The position numbers were made by a program, and so were the translations under genes. A stretch of 58,224 bases of DNA, the filler included, from Squatina squatina (lineage: Eukaryota), in NCBI GenBank assembly GCA_031763465.1. It is 3 parts of 3 records of this genome, joined end to end, with 100 filler letters (N's around TTAATTAATTAA, not from the genome) between each part and the next. Parts side by side here need not be neighbours in the genome. Positions count along the whole stretch, not along the records: positions 1 to 23,784 come from JARFOE010000073.1; 2 more parts are not named here. One strand, given 5' to 3'. The notes under the pieces were generated by a model that saw only the letters and a program-made list of their open reading frames with translations, searched no databases and was not told where the DNA came from. Position 1 is the stretch's first letter. The number at the start of each line of letters is the position of its first letter. Shown one piece after another: positions 1-10,640 of this stretch.

Positions 1-932
1 GGCCTGTCACCCTCCCATCATCAGTCATCTCAGTAAACTCTCCTGATGGTGAGCAATTACTGAAAAAATTGGAAGTGTCAAAGAGGAATAATTACCTGAA
101 ATCAAACTACATCACTTGTCATCAGCCCACATCTCACAGCAGCTCCTAAAAAAGTACCTGATTTTAGTCTGGCATCAATCCACCGCCTTCAAGAGGGTGC
201 ACTACAGGTGTCCGCTTCTGAGCGGCTTACTGGCTATTAAGTTATGGAGGCGAGACAAAAGCTTCTTCCACTCTGCAAATGGAAGCTGGACCACTGCCTG
301 TGAGAAGGCTGACAGGCTGGAGAGAGACGGGTCATTATATTTCTGATATTGAGCTCATGACGACAGTGTGTTTTGTTTGAAATAGCTGCCACTTCCCTCT
401 GTCGTTTTACCAGCAAGACCACAAGATATTTTTCAAATAACCTGCCTGAAGGGCAACTTTCAACAGGAGCAAATAAAAGGGATAATGGCCACAGCCTGTG
501 CTTTCATTCCTGGATAACAGCTGCTTTCAAACAGACGTGCCATTGACATTCACGGTGTCACGGGACACGGACTGTTTATGCACCAAGGCACTGCGATGGT
601 CAACTGCAAGTTCTCTTCCTACTGTCCCAACGGTGAGTGTTGTAACTCAGTCAGTAACATTCGAAGAAGGAGTTCACTGGGAGCACGGTAGGGGAGGAAT
701 TCCAAGCAACTAATTATAGAACATGATTTGCATAGTTCTTTTTTAACACTGTGTTGAGTTCCCTGTGTAATGGAGTCATCCAACCTCTCCCCACACATAC
801 ATAAACACACCACTTCTCCAGACACAATGTTCTTACATGCAGACACGGCTTCTCTGGGGAAATACTAATTAATGAAATCTGCAAGGAATTAAAATCTTGT
901 ATATCCAGCAGGGAACCGCTCAGCTTGCTTAC

Positions 933-1108
933 CTTGGGACTGGCGACAATGGCGGTGAAGAAGAGCAGGATGGGAAGGTGAAGGAGCCAGATGAACCAAC
1001 CAAATCAGGCATTCCTGGGGATGTCCCCACTGTTTCTGTGATTACAAGTTCTGGGTCCAGGATGAAGAGTTCATCTTGGGAAATGTCAGTCACATAGTGC
1101 AAGTGTTC
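933..1108 (-). CDS. DGKZ: Diacylglycerol kinase zeta, internal exon (post-catalytic region before the ankyrin repeats)
   Basis: cag|GAACAC...CCCAAG|gtaag, 176 nt. Reads EHLHYVTDISQDELFILDPELVITETVGTSPGMPDLVGSSGSFTFPSCSSSPPLSPVP(R). Resembles recalled DGKZ [22 protein letters not shown]...SPTPR. Confidence 0.9.
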
Positions 1109-1320
1109 CTGAAAGGGAGTGCAGAGAAAGTAATAATTCAAGCTCATAATTGTGCCTAAAAGAAAAAGAAAAGATTTGTGTTTATATAGCACCTTTAACA
1201 ACCCCAAGATGTCCCAAAGTNNNNNNNNNNNNNNNNNNNNNNNNNNNNNNNNNNNNNNNNNNNNNNNNNNNNNNNNNNNNNNNNNNNNNNNNNNNNNNNN
1301 NNNNNNNNNNNNNNNNNNNN

Positions 1321-1994
1321 AAAACAACAGCAACTTGAATTTATTTAGCTGCTGTAATTGACAAAAATGTCCCAAGGCACTTCACAGGTGTAATCAGACA
1401 GAAATGGACGCTGAGGCAAAGGGAGTGATATTAGGAGGGGTGAACAAAAGTTTATTGAAGAGGTGGATTTGAGTGATGGTCTTGAAAGAGGAGAGGTGAT
1501 GGATTTAAAGAGGGATGCACAAGACGCCAACGTCAGAGGACCGGAGAGCTGGGGGGAAAGAGTTACCGAGCTATAGCAGGTTACAGAGCTAGGGAGGGGC
1601 AAGGTAGTGGGGGTGCTTTAAAGATAAAAATGTAATTTTAAATTTGAGGTGTTGAGTCACCAGGAGTCAATGTAGTTCAGTGAGGACAGGAGTGATAGGT
1701 GAGTGGGACTTTGTATGGAATAGGATGCAGGCAGCAGAATTCTGGATGAGCTGATGTTTATGGAGGGTTTGGGAAGCCAGTCAGAAGAGCATTGGAACAC
1801 TTGGGTCTTGAGGTGGCCAAGACATGCATAAAAGTTTCAGTGTTAGGTGGGCTGAGGTAGAGGTGGAGGCGGGCGATGTTACAGAGGTGGAAGCAGACGG
1901 TCTTTGTAATGAAGGGAATATGGGGGCGGAAATTCAGCTCAGGTTGAACAGGGAGCCATGGTTATTAACAGTCTTGCTCGTCCCAAGGCGGAGA
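1321..1994 (-). mobile_element. L2-clade LINE, degraded 3' fragment
   Basis: Reverse strand ends in a GTGAAGTGCCTTGGGAC...AAATAAATTCAAGTTGCTGTTG tail, like the L2-type tails at ~11290-11445 and ~31990-32115. Body is pyrimidine-rich on the minus strand. Confidence 0.55.
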
Positions 1995-2379
1995 NNNNNN
2001 NNNNNNNNNNNNNNNNNNNNNNNNNNNNNNNNNNNNNNNNNNNNNNNNNNNNNNNNNNNNNNNNNNNNNNNNNNNNNNNNNNNNNNNNNNNNNNNNNNNN
2101 NNNNNNNNNNNNNNNNNNNNNNNNNNNNNNNNNNNNNNNNNNNNNNNNNNNNNNNNNNNNNNNNNNNNNNNNNNNNNNNNNNNNNNNNNNNNNNNNNNNN
2201 NNNNNNNNNNNNNNNNNNNNNNNNNNNNNNNNNNNNNNNNNNNNNNNNNNNNNNNNNNNNNNNNNNNNNNNNNNNNNNNNNNNNNNNNNNNNNNNNNNNN
2301 NNNNNNNNNNNNNNNNNNNNNNNNNNNNNNNNNNNNNNNNNNNNNNNNNNNNNNNNNNNNNNNNNNNNNNNNNNNNNNN

Positions 2380-2679
2380 TTTTATTCTTACATTTTTAAA
2401 AACTCTTACGCTGTTAAAGGTAAGCCCGTACGCTTGCTATTAACATGTGTAAAAAATTAGAGAGCTTTCTATGGGCAAGGGTTGGGCAAATAGCGCAACT
2501 TTCCGCCCAGGAAAACTCTTTTCCTGTCCACGTGGATGATCTGTCAAGACAAATCTCGACATTGCAAGTTCCGGACCTATGGGCATGCACCATGCAGCCC
2601 GAGATCAGGAACTTGTGGGGGGTCCCGGCGGGTAGGTGCGAACACCATGCGCACCCGGGAGGATCACAAATTCTGACCC
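2380..2679. mobile_element. Right end of a non-autonomous Harbinger-like DNA element
   Basis: CpG-containing segment ending AAATTCTGACCC, similar to other terminal motifs in the window (AAATTCTGGCC 44919, AAATTCCTGGCC ~42409, AAAATCCTGTCC ~36096). Left end is lost in a gap. Confidence 0.4.
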
Positions 2680-2684
2680 ATAAT

Positions 2685-3040
2685 CTAGTCTGACACTTCG
2701 GTGCGAGTGCTACATCGTTGGAGATGCCGACTTTCAAATGAGATGTTAAACTAAGGCCCTGTCTGGCCTCTCAGGTGGACATAAAAGTTACCTTTACACT
2801 ATTCAAAATGAAGATGAGTCCTGACTCCTGGCCAATATTTATCTCTTAACTTTCATTAAAACAGATGACCTTTTCACTTATCTCATTGCTGTTTGTGGGA
2901 CTGAGCTGTGTGAATATTGGCTGCCGAGTTCTCATTTCACAACAGTGACTCCACTTCAAAGGTACTTAATGGACTGTGAAGTGTTTTAGGTCGTCCTGAG
3001 GTTCTGAAATGTGCTATATAAATGCAAGTCTTTCTTTTCC
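2685..3040 (+). mobile_element. DeuSINE (SacSINE1/AmnSINE1-like), 5'-truncated
   Basis: Core GATGTTAAACTAAGGCCCTGTCTGGCCTCTCAGGTGGACATAAAAG...CCTGGCCAATATTTATC and tail GTGCTATATAAATGCAAGTCTTTC. Recurs many times in the window. Confidence 0.7.
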
Positions 3041-3398
3041 TTCTGGATTGAGACTGCTCTGGTCTCATTTCACTTAGAAACGTTTCAGATGAGAGAAGAC
3101 TACATCAGTGTAGATTTAAATTCAAGAGCAGAGATGTGAAAGGACAGCATGCTGAACCAGTGCATAGTTCCCTAACTTGTACTTGACTCCAGACAGGACT
3201 ATATTATTAACCAAAGGTTGATGAGCCTAGAAATTTACTGGGGAGTGGCATCTACTGAGTCAATGGCATCCTGCATAACTCAGCCTGTGCTTAGTTAAGC
3301 AGGGTGCAAGTGAGAAAAATATCTGGTAGTCACAATCAGTGAAGTTGTTAACCATCAAATGCTAGTACGTTAGTCATCACTTGGGAGTCTATTCTTAC

Positions 3399-3439
3399 CT
3401 GTGCTCGATCTATTCTGTAAAACCGGTCAGCAGTCGTGG
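3399..3439 (-). CDS. DGKZ: Diacylglycerol kinase zeta, small internal exon
   Basis: ttttttgcag|CCACGACTGCTGACCGG...GCACAG|gtaag, 41 nt, phase 1 to 0. Reads (S)TTADRFYRIDRAQ (recalled DGKZ ATTASRFYRIDRAQ). Splices in frame to both neighbouring exons. Confidence 0.92.
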
Positions 3440-3659
3440 CTGCAAAAAAAGAGAAATTAAAATGAAGAACTATACTTCAATCAGGCTGTTCCTTGCAGTT
3501 GTGTGCTAAACGTACATTGTACAGGAGAGATTCAAACACTGTTTTTTACAGAATCAAATATTTTATGCATGATACCATTGGCCAGAACTTGTCAGAAAAT
3601 CAGGAGGTTGCTCTACCAAAGCTCTGACATATCACTTGGTGAGTGATGTTATTTGGCTT

Positions 3660-4930
3660 CTTTGTATCAATTATTATGACTGAGTCATTGGACACTGGGG
3701 AGGTACCAGTAGTGTGGAAATAGCCTAATGCGGTACTCCTATTCAAAAAGGGTGACAAGACCTGTAGGTAACTACAGACTAATCAGTCTTACTTCAATTC
3801 TGCGTAAATAACGGAATCAATTATCTGGGATCATTCCCCATAGAGCAGAGAAAANNNNNNNNNNNNNNNNNNNNNNNNNNNNNNNNNNNNNNNNNNNNNN
3901 NNNNNNNNNNNNNNNNNNNNNNNNNNNNNNNNNNNNNNNNNNNNNNNNNNNNNNGCTGCTCCCCCTCCAAGGCCAATATATCAAAACATGACCAAAGCCT
4001 TTCATTGACAGAGAATTCTCTCATGTTGGCCATGAATTCACCATGACAAAACAATAAATCATCTGGAAAATGGTCATGGAGGGAATTATGTCAAAATTGG
4101 TTATTCATAGCAAATTAGGAAGGGAGGGGGAAACATGGCAATTGGTGAGGAAGAACACAGGAGACTTCAAGGAAGACATATGTCAGTTAAAGGAGTGGGT
4201 AGGTATATGGCAATATAGATACCGATGAAGAAAGGAACTAAGATAACCCCAGCAATAAAATTCCCATTTCTCAACACAGCAGAGAATCAAAGAGGTCTTG
4301 GGATATAGGTACACAGATTTTTGAAAAAAAGCCGTAATAAAAGGGTCAATAGGTTTTTAAAGGGGAACCATTTACAAGAGCAAGGGAGTGATGAATCTGT
4401 AAAAGATACTTGCCACGTCACAGGCAGAGTACTACCTGCCCATTACGGAGCCATGGGAAAATAGGTGCAATGTTGATTCATTCGTATGGATAGCAGGAAG
4501 AAATAGATATGGTTGTGATGTGAGACTTGAAAATCTAGTGCTGTATTCACTGGAACAGAGGAGGGTCAGCATGTTCTAATAGTACTGTTCAAAGTTTTGA
4601 AAGGGTTTGAGACAATAAACAGCAAAAGACTATTTCCATCATCAGTGAGCCAGTAACCAGGGGAATAAATGGAAGATTCGTTCTAAACCCATAAAGGGAA
4701 AAATTAGAACAAAACTTTTCACACGGCGTTAATAGAATATAAAATCCAATACCAGAAGTGGCTATCAGAAGCTGTCAACCACTGCATTTATAACAGATAA
4801 ATGCCTAAAGAATAAAAATGTTAAAATATAAAGAACAGGGAAATAACACTGTGGTCGACAACTGCAAAGTGGAGCTAGCATTGTCATTGTACAGGTATAA
4901 TGGGGCAAATGGCCTCCTTCTATGTTCCTT
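3660..4930 (+). mobile_element. CR1-clade LINE remnant (RT start to 3' end), interrupted by a gap
   Basis: Degraded LLFKKGDK..NYRLISLTS motif near 3735-3800. Ends with a CR1-type GGGCAAATGGCCTCCTTCTATG 3' end near 4905-4925. Confidence 0.6.
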
Positions 4931-4949
4931 TCATACTAGGCTTTGAGGA

Positions 4950-5408
4950 GACTGAATATCTTTATACCGTATTCCCCTTCCACTTGGCTTTATAAAAGAT
5001 GCTAAATAAATATTGCACTATAGTGCCCTCTCCAGATTCGTATTCCCCTCTCGCCAGGCCCTATCAGCGACCCCTGAATAAATACTGCATTATACTCCTC
5101 CCCTTCTCAAGGTCTCATCGGGCTCCGTGAATAACCCTGAATGAACACTACATAATATTCCCCTTTCACAAGGCTATGTGTGAGACCTTAAGTAAATACT
5201 ACATCATACTCCTCTCCTCTTACCAGGGTCTGCGAGACCCTGAATAAACACTAGACAAAATTCCTCTCACATCACGTTCTTTGAGAGACCTGAGCAAGTA
5301 TTGCACCACATTCCCCCTTTCAGCAAGTTCTGTGAGTGACCACGAAGGAATACTCCCTCATACCCTCACCAGGCTCTGTGAAAGACTGAATAAATACTGC
5401 ACTGTATT
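4950..5408. repeat. Degenerate ~50-bp minisatellite, about 8-9 units
   Basis: Recurring unit close to GAATAAATACTGCACTATATTCCCCTCTCACCAGGCTCTGTGAGAGACCCT, with heads at ~5005, 5076, 5139, 5190, 5242 and 5388. Confidence 0.75.
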
Positions 5409-5948
5409 AGAATAAATTCTACTCTTTATTTTTAAAAATGTGTTCTGTACCAATGCCCCAATAATCCTATGACTTTTGAGTATTTTTCTGCTCTCGGTAT
5501 GAAGAGTCATGTGCTCCCGAGGTGCAGTATTGGTGAGGGGTTGTGAACTGGACAATGGAGCAGGCGACGGGTGGTGAGAAGGTCTGTGATTTGGGTTTAT
5601 GTTCGCTGACAGTTGCAGCAGCTGCCGCACTGCTGATTTATCCCACAGTTTTATTTCCAGAACACTAACAGTGATTGCAGTGCCCGGGAACCCATTTAGG
5701 AAATAATACACTTTGAAAATTGTCTGCACACTAGTGGCGATCCCAGTGTCCAGCATCTTATTGTCCCAGAATTCTCCTTTAAAGTGCCCGCGAACTATAG
5801 TGGCGATCCCAGTGTCTTGGAGAGCATAAAATAGGAGTGCTTCTTTAAGGGGCCTATTAAATGTAACAGTGATTCAACTATCTAGGCCATCCAATCATAA
5901 TGGAATGCTTCTTTAACATTTATAAATCGATTTCAAATGGATACTTAC

Positions 5949-6018
5949 AGTCTAGAAAACACCATTTTGGGGACAGCTTCTGCGAAGACAAGGTTCTAGA
6001 CTTGGTGCCATCGTCCTC
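5949..6018 (-). CDS. DGKZ: Diacylglycerol kinase zeta, internal exon
   Basis: ctttgcag|GAGGAC...CTAGACT|gtaagt, 70 nt, phase 0 to 1. Reads EDDGTKSRTLSSQKLSPKWCFLD; QKLSPKWCFLD matches recalled DGKZ. Confidence 0.92.
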
Positions 6019-6532
6019 CTGCAAAGGGAGGTGAGAAGAACCCATTAGCACTTTCAAGAACTTTATTTGTGATGCCACTACACAATGGGGTAACAACTGA
6101 ATGAGTCTGAGTGGTAGCATTCGCATCTCTAAGTCAGAGAAGGTGTAGAGTTCAAACTCCACTCCAGGCGGTCCTGGTGAGTGGAACACTGGCTCTGAAT
6201 TCTGGTTTGACATCCAGCGGGATAATCACATCCAGTGGGATAATCACATCCAGTGAACCGTGGGAGCCCATAAAACCCTCCCGCTGTACTGGGCTAACTA
6301 TCCTATCGGCTGGTGTAAAGATGGCAACGGCCACGGAAAAGGCATTCACGATGCGGCCTATCAGACTATTAATAATCAGCCTGTGAATCCTTCCACTACT
6401 TCATACAGTTCCGCAAGGGAAAGAGTATGAAGNNNNNNNNNNNNNNNNNNNNNNNNNNNNNNNNNNNNNNNNNNNNNNNNNNNNNNNNNNNNNNNNNNNN
6501 NNNNNNNNNNNNNNNNNNNNNNNNNNNNNNNN

Positions 6533-6720
6533 CAGAGGGTTGTGGAGGCTCAGTCATTGAGTATATTTAAGACAGAGATTGATAGATTTTTGGATATTAA
6601 GGGAATCAAGGGATATAGGGATAACGCAGGAAAATGGAGTTGAGGTAGAAGATCAGCCATGAATGACAAGAACATCAGACAAGAATGGCCTAGTCCTGCC
6701 CCTACTTCTTATGTTTTTAT
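6533..6720 (+). mobile_element. CR1/HER1-type LINE 3' end
   Basis: GTTGTGGAGGCTCAGTCATTGAGTATATTTAAGACAGAGATTGATAGATTTTTG...GATCAGCCATG...GAATGGCCT...CTTCTTATGTT. Related copies at 54281-54400 (+) and 47085-47225 (-). Confidence 0.65.
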
Positions 6721-7704
6721 AAATACAAGTCTTTCCTTCTTTCCTTCCTGGAGGCAGTAAGTNNNNNNNNNNGTCTTCAAACTGCTCTCCATGGCAAAAG
6801 TTCAGCAGGTTAGTAACATTGGGACCACCTGCCTCAAACCCACCAGTGGAAGGAGAATCCAGGTTACTGTATGGCAGCTCCTATTTAAACTGCGCAGCAA
6901 TTGAATGAATTCATTGACCCAGTTACTGGCTTGGAATTTACAGATCCTTATGTCTATACTTCTGACCTCTGAATTAAACATTTTCTTTGCAATTTCGTTT
7001 TTTGGACAGGTTAGGTGGATGTGTTACCTTGAAAAACAAATGTGCATGTTCTCAGGGGAGCTGCTTTTGCCAGATCTGTGCTCAGTTATAGTTGATACTT
7101 GAACCTGAAGAAATATTTTATTTTGACTTTCATATTTCCATTCTATTACTGTACTTCCTGATCATCTATCAAATCCGTTCAGACAAAACTGTTAAAACTT
7201 CATTCATTTTGCACAAAAGTGCACAAAAGGCCTTTCTCCTCAGCTGCTGACTGTACTGACTGTACCTCTTAAATATGTTGCGAAATGTATTGATAGATTT
7301 TATATCCATTTTTGAAACTATTATGTGGGTCACAATGTAATTGAACTGAGATCAGAGTTCACATTAGCTGGTACCAGATAAGCTACTTCTGCAATAACTG
7401 CAATGTAATATGACCCAACATTTCATCACACAACAAAGCAATTACCGAATAAATGTGGCAACAGGGCACTCATTCATCAGTGAAATCAGCTGAAACTGCA
7501 TAGGATAACTGCATCGCCAGGTTGTGTCACCAGTGAATATAGTTGATGTTCGTGATGGCTCTAACTACTACAAGCATTGTGTAATGTGTAGTTTTAGCTG
7601 ATATTCTTCTCAATGGCAATATAAATAACTTTTTCCAGAGAAAATCAGTAACCAAATACAGTTTAGCTTTTCTGAGTGCAGTAATTCCGTACTTGCCATG
7701 ACAA

Positions 7705-8242
7705 AATTGCACAGCAGGATAGACGTACCAATGTCAGCGTCCTTTCTCAGGCCAACATTTCCAGCAGCGAGGCACTGGTCACGTTCGGCCAGCTGTGATG
7801 GGCGGGTCACATCGTCCGCATGCCCGATTCAAGACTCCCGAAACAAGCACTATATTCCGAGCTCCGTCACGGCAAGCAACTTCCAGAAGGGCAGAGGAAT
7901 CGCTCCAAGGACGTCCTCAAAGCTTCCCTGAAAAAATGCAACACATCCCCACCGACTCATAAGAATCTCTGACCCAAGACTGCCCGAACTGGAGGAGAAG
8001 CATCCGCGAAGGCGCCAACCGTTTCGAGCTTCTCCGGCGGGAGCACATATAGACCAAGTACAGGCAGCGGAAGGAGCGTGCGGAAACCCGAGCATCCCAT
8101 CCATTCGCCCCATCAAACACCACCTGCCCCACCTGTGGTCGAGTTTGTGGATCCCGTATTGGACTATTTAGCCACCTCAGAACCCACAACTCCGGAGTGG
8201 AAGCAAGTCATCCTCGACCCCGAGGGACTGCCTAAGAAGAAG
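7705..8242 (+). mobile_element. RTE-clade LINE, 3' fragment with C-terminal C2H2-like finger
   Basis: Reads ..QDRRTNVSVLSQANI..WAGHIVRMPDSRLPKQALYSEL..KDVLKASLKKC.. then TTCPTCGRVCGSRIGLFSHLRTH. Contains stops and ends in a short AAG tail. Confidence 0.8.
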
Positions 8243-8781
8243 GAACTGCAGGAAATGTATCTTGTGTTTTTTTTTATTAAAAAGAAAGTGCATTTTCCAT
8301 AAGCTTTCTTTGCTTCACGCATCATTCCTGAGCCCAATATGCAAGATGCAGACCTACTTCAGGCCTCTGTTGGCCTGGAGCCAGTCACCAGGGCGACATG
8401 GCCTGTTCTGATTCTTCACCTTCCGCTGAGATTGGACTTTGCTCGGAGAGCCCTCATCCCATTAACCCACAGTGCAGAAATCTGGAGCTGTGCCACATCC
8501 TAACGGCACTTTCACTGCACAGACTGCATTAGCTAAAGAAGGCAGCCCACCACCACCGTCACAAAGACGCCTAGGGATGGGCAATAAATGCTAGCCTTGC
8601 TTGCGACACGCATTTTCCCCAAGAATGAATTTTTAAAAATCACCCTCCTCCCCTCTTGTTCCCAATTATCCCATTGACAATTTAGATATTCTTGTCCTAT
8701 GACCAAATCCAAATTCTAGCAGTAATATGTTGCAGTGAACATATCGAGCAATAATTAAAAAAAAATCACACTGCTGCTTAC

Positions 8782-8853
8782 CTCAGCTCCTTTTTTACTA
8801 GATTTCCTTTTAAACGAGGTCCGTTTTTTCTTTTTACTCGATTTCAGTGAGTT
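8782..8853 (-). CDS. DGKZ: Diacylglycerol kinase zeta, MARCKS-homology/NLS exon
   Basis: cctgcag|AACTCA...GCTGAG|gtaag, 72 nt. Reads NSLKSSKKKKRTSFKRKSSKKGAE (recalled DGKZ NTLKASKKKKRASFKRKSSKKGPE). Confidence 0.95.
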
Positions 8854-8952
8854 CTGCAGGAAGAAAAGTGCAACAACATCGCAATCAGTGGTGAGCAGAG
8901 GTCAGCTTAGAAAAGTTCAGGCACAGAGACCATTCAAAAAAGTGCTCCTCAC

Positions 8953-9069
8953 CTGAGCCCGTCTCACCCGGATGATCCAGGTTGGTGGAACGATAACCGC
9001 GGCGTGGGCGCCCAGTGTACAGGACTCCTCGATCTGTTGTAGCATGAAGCAGGTCACCTTGTTGTGATA
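8953..9069 (-). CDS. DGKZ: Diacylglycerol kinase zeta, end of second C1 domain exon
   Basis: cctgcag|TATCAC...GCTCAG|gtgag, 117 nt. Reads [40 protein letters not shown] 99-nt intron separates it from the MARCKS exon. Confidence 0.95.
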
Positions 9070-10336
9070 CTGCAGGAAAGGACAAGTAAACAGTCTGAGT
9101 AAAATGCTAAGCATTCACTTTATTTCCCCCGCACCCCACCAACTCCGTTCCATCATCTTTTCATTATCTGTTCTGCTGCTTGGCTCAATGTTGGAGCAAC
9201 ATGGCACCAGCCTGCGTGTCAAGGAGCAAGGATGGGATGTGGGCCAATGATTTGCCACAATCAGACGGCTGTCCTCAGCTCTGCCACCATCAGAGGCCGG
9301 GAACCAAGACAAAGTAAAATCTGTGACCACAGATCTCTCAAATGCCTCCAGCTCCCACAGATGGTTGTCTTTCGATACAATGAGCTGGTTTTCAATATTT
9401 GTTAACTAAGGGTTAATACATGCATTTTTGATTTTTTACTCTATTTTGCATCAAAATTACCTGAGGAAAACGCACGGCATGGAAAGTTTGAGGATAACAA
9501 ACATTCGGTTAAAATATCATTTAACTTACTATAAATATCCAAAGGTTTGTGTAGTCAAAACGCATCAAACAAACAGGTCAGTAGAGAGAGGATTTGCAAA
9601 GGATTAACTGAGCATAAACTAAGTGACAAGGTTTTGTCACTTTCATCCCTTTTGTCTTTTAATCATTCCTGTTCTCCACCCTATCACAGATCTCTTAAAA
9701 TCTGTTCATCTCTCCCATCTCCCAGTCCTGTTAAAGATTATCAACGTGAAACATTAGCTCCTTGTCCTTCTCCACAGATGCTGCCTAACCTGCTGCGTGC
9801 CCCCAGCATTTTATGTTTCTGTGGCAAGGTTTGGTGTTTTACTTCATGGCGTGAGTCTGTCTCAGGATAGAATCGATACTCTTATAAATTTAAGACTTAC
9901 TGCTTGTTTACACCAGGAACAGCTGATAGCTACAATCTCCTTACTGTGAAAGGCAAACTTCTGCTGGAAACCCTGCGTGGGAAAAGAGAAAAGGGCACCG
10001 GTAAGAAGTGATTCACAAGGCAGCCAAAGTCAATTCCAACATGCCATTAGGGCGCTGCCCCAGAAGCACAACAGATGCCTACCGAGAGACCATCCATTTA
10101 CATCACTGGAACAGCATCCTTCAGCCAAGAAACCCAACCTGCCAGATCCCCAGTGGGCTGCCCAGCACTCAGAATATTCAGAACCTCTCACAGGTAGGAG
10201 AAATGTATCGTTATTTTACACAATGTGTGATGGAGANNNNNNNNNNNNNNNNNNNNNNNNNNNNNNNNNNNNNNNNNNNNNNNNNNNNNNNNNNNNNNNN
10301 NNNNNNNNNNNNNNNNNNNNNNNNNNNNNNNNNNNN

Positions 10337-10640
10337 GTCAAAGGTGTCGTCTTTCAGATGAGGCGTTAAACCGAGGTCCCCATCTGCTCTCGCAGGTGGA
10401 CATAAAAGATCACATGACAGGGGAGTTATCTCTGGTGTTCTGGCCAATACTTGACCCTCAATCAACAAAACAAAAACAGATTATCTGGGCATTATCGCAT
10501 TGCTGTTCGCAAATTGCCTGCTGCACTTCCCACATTACAACAGTGACTACATTCCAAAAGTACTTAATTGGCTGTCAAGCACTTTGAGACGTCCGGTGGT
10601 CATGAAAGGCACTGTATAAATCTAAGTCTTTCTTTCTTCA
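10337..10640 (+). mobile_element. DeuSINE (SacSINE1-like) fragment
   Basis: GTCTTTCAGATGAGGCGTTAAACCGAGGTCCCCATCTG...GTGGACATAAAAGATC core plus the shared tail. Confidence 0.7.

Noticed and set aside
4950-5408. CRISPR-like array
   Set aside because: Units are degenerate along their whole length with no unique spacers, there are no cas genes, and the context is a vertebrate intron.
6210-6255. 18-bp tandem repeat (CATCCAGTGGGATAATCA, ~2.5 copies) inside ORFs 6111-6386 and 6152-6349
   Set aside because: A simple local duplication next to a SINE head; the ORFs have no recognisable protein content.
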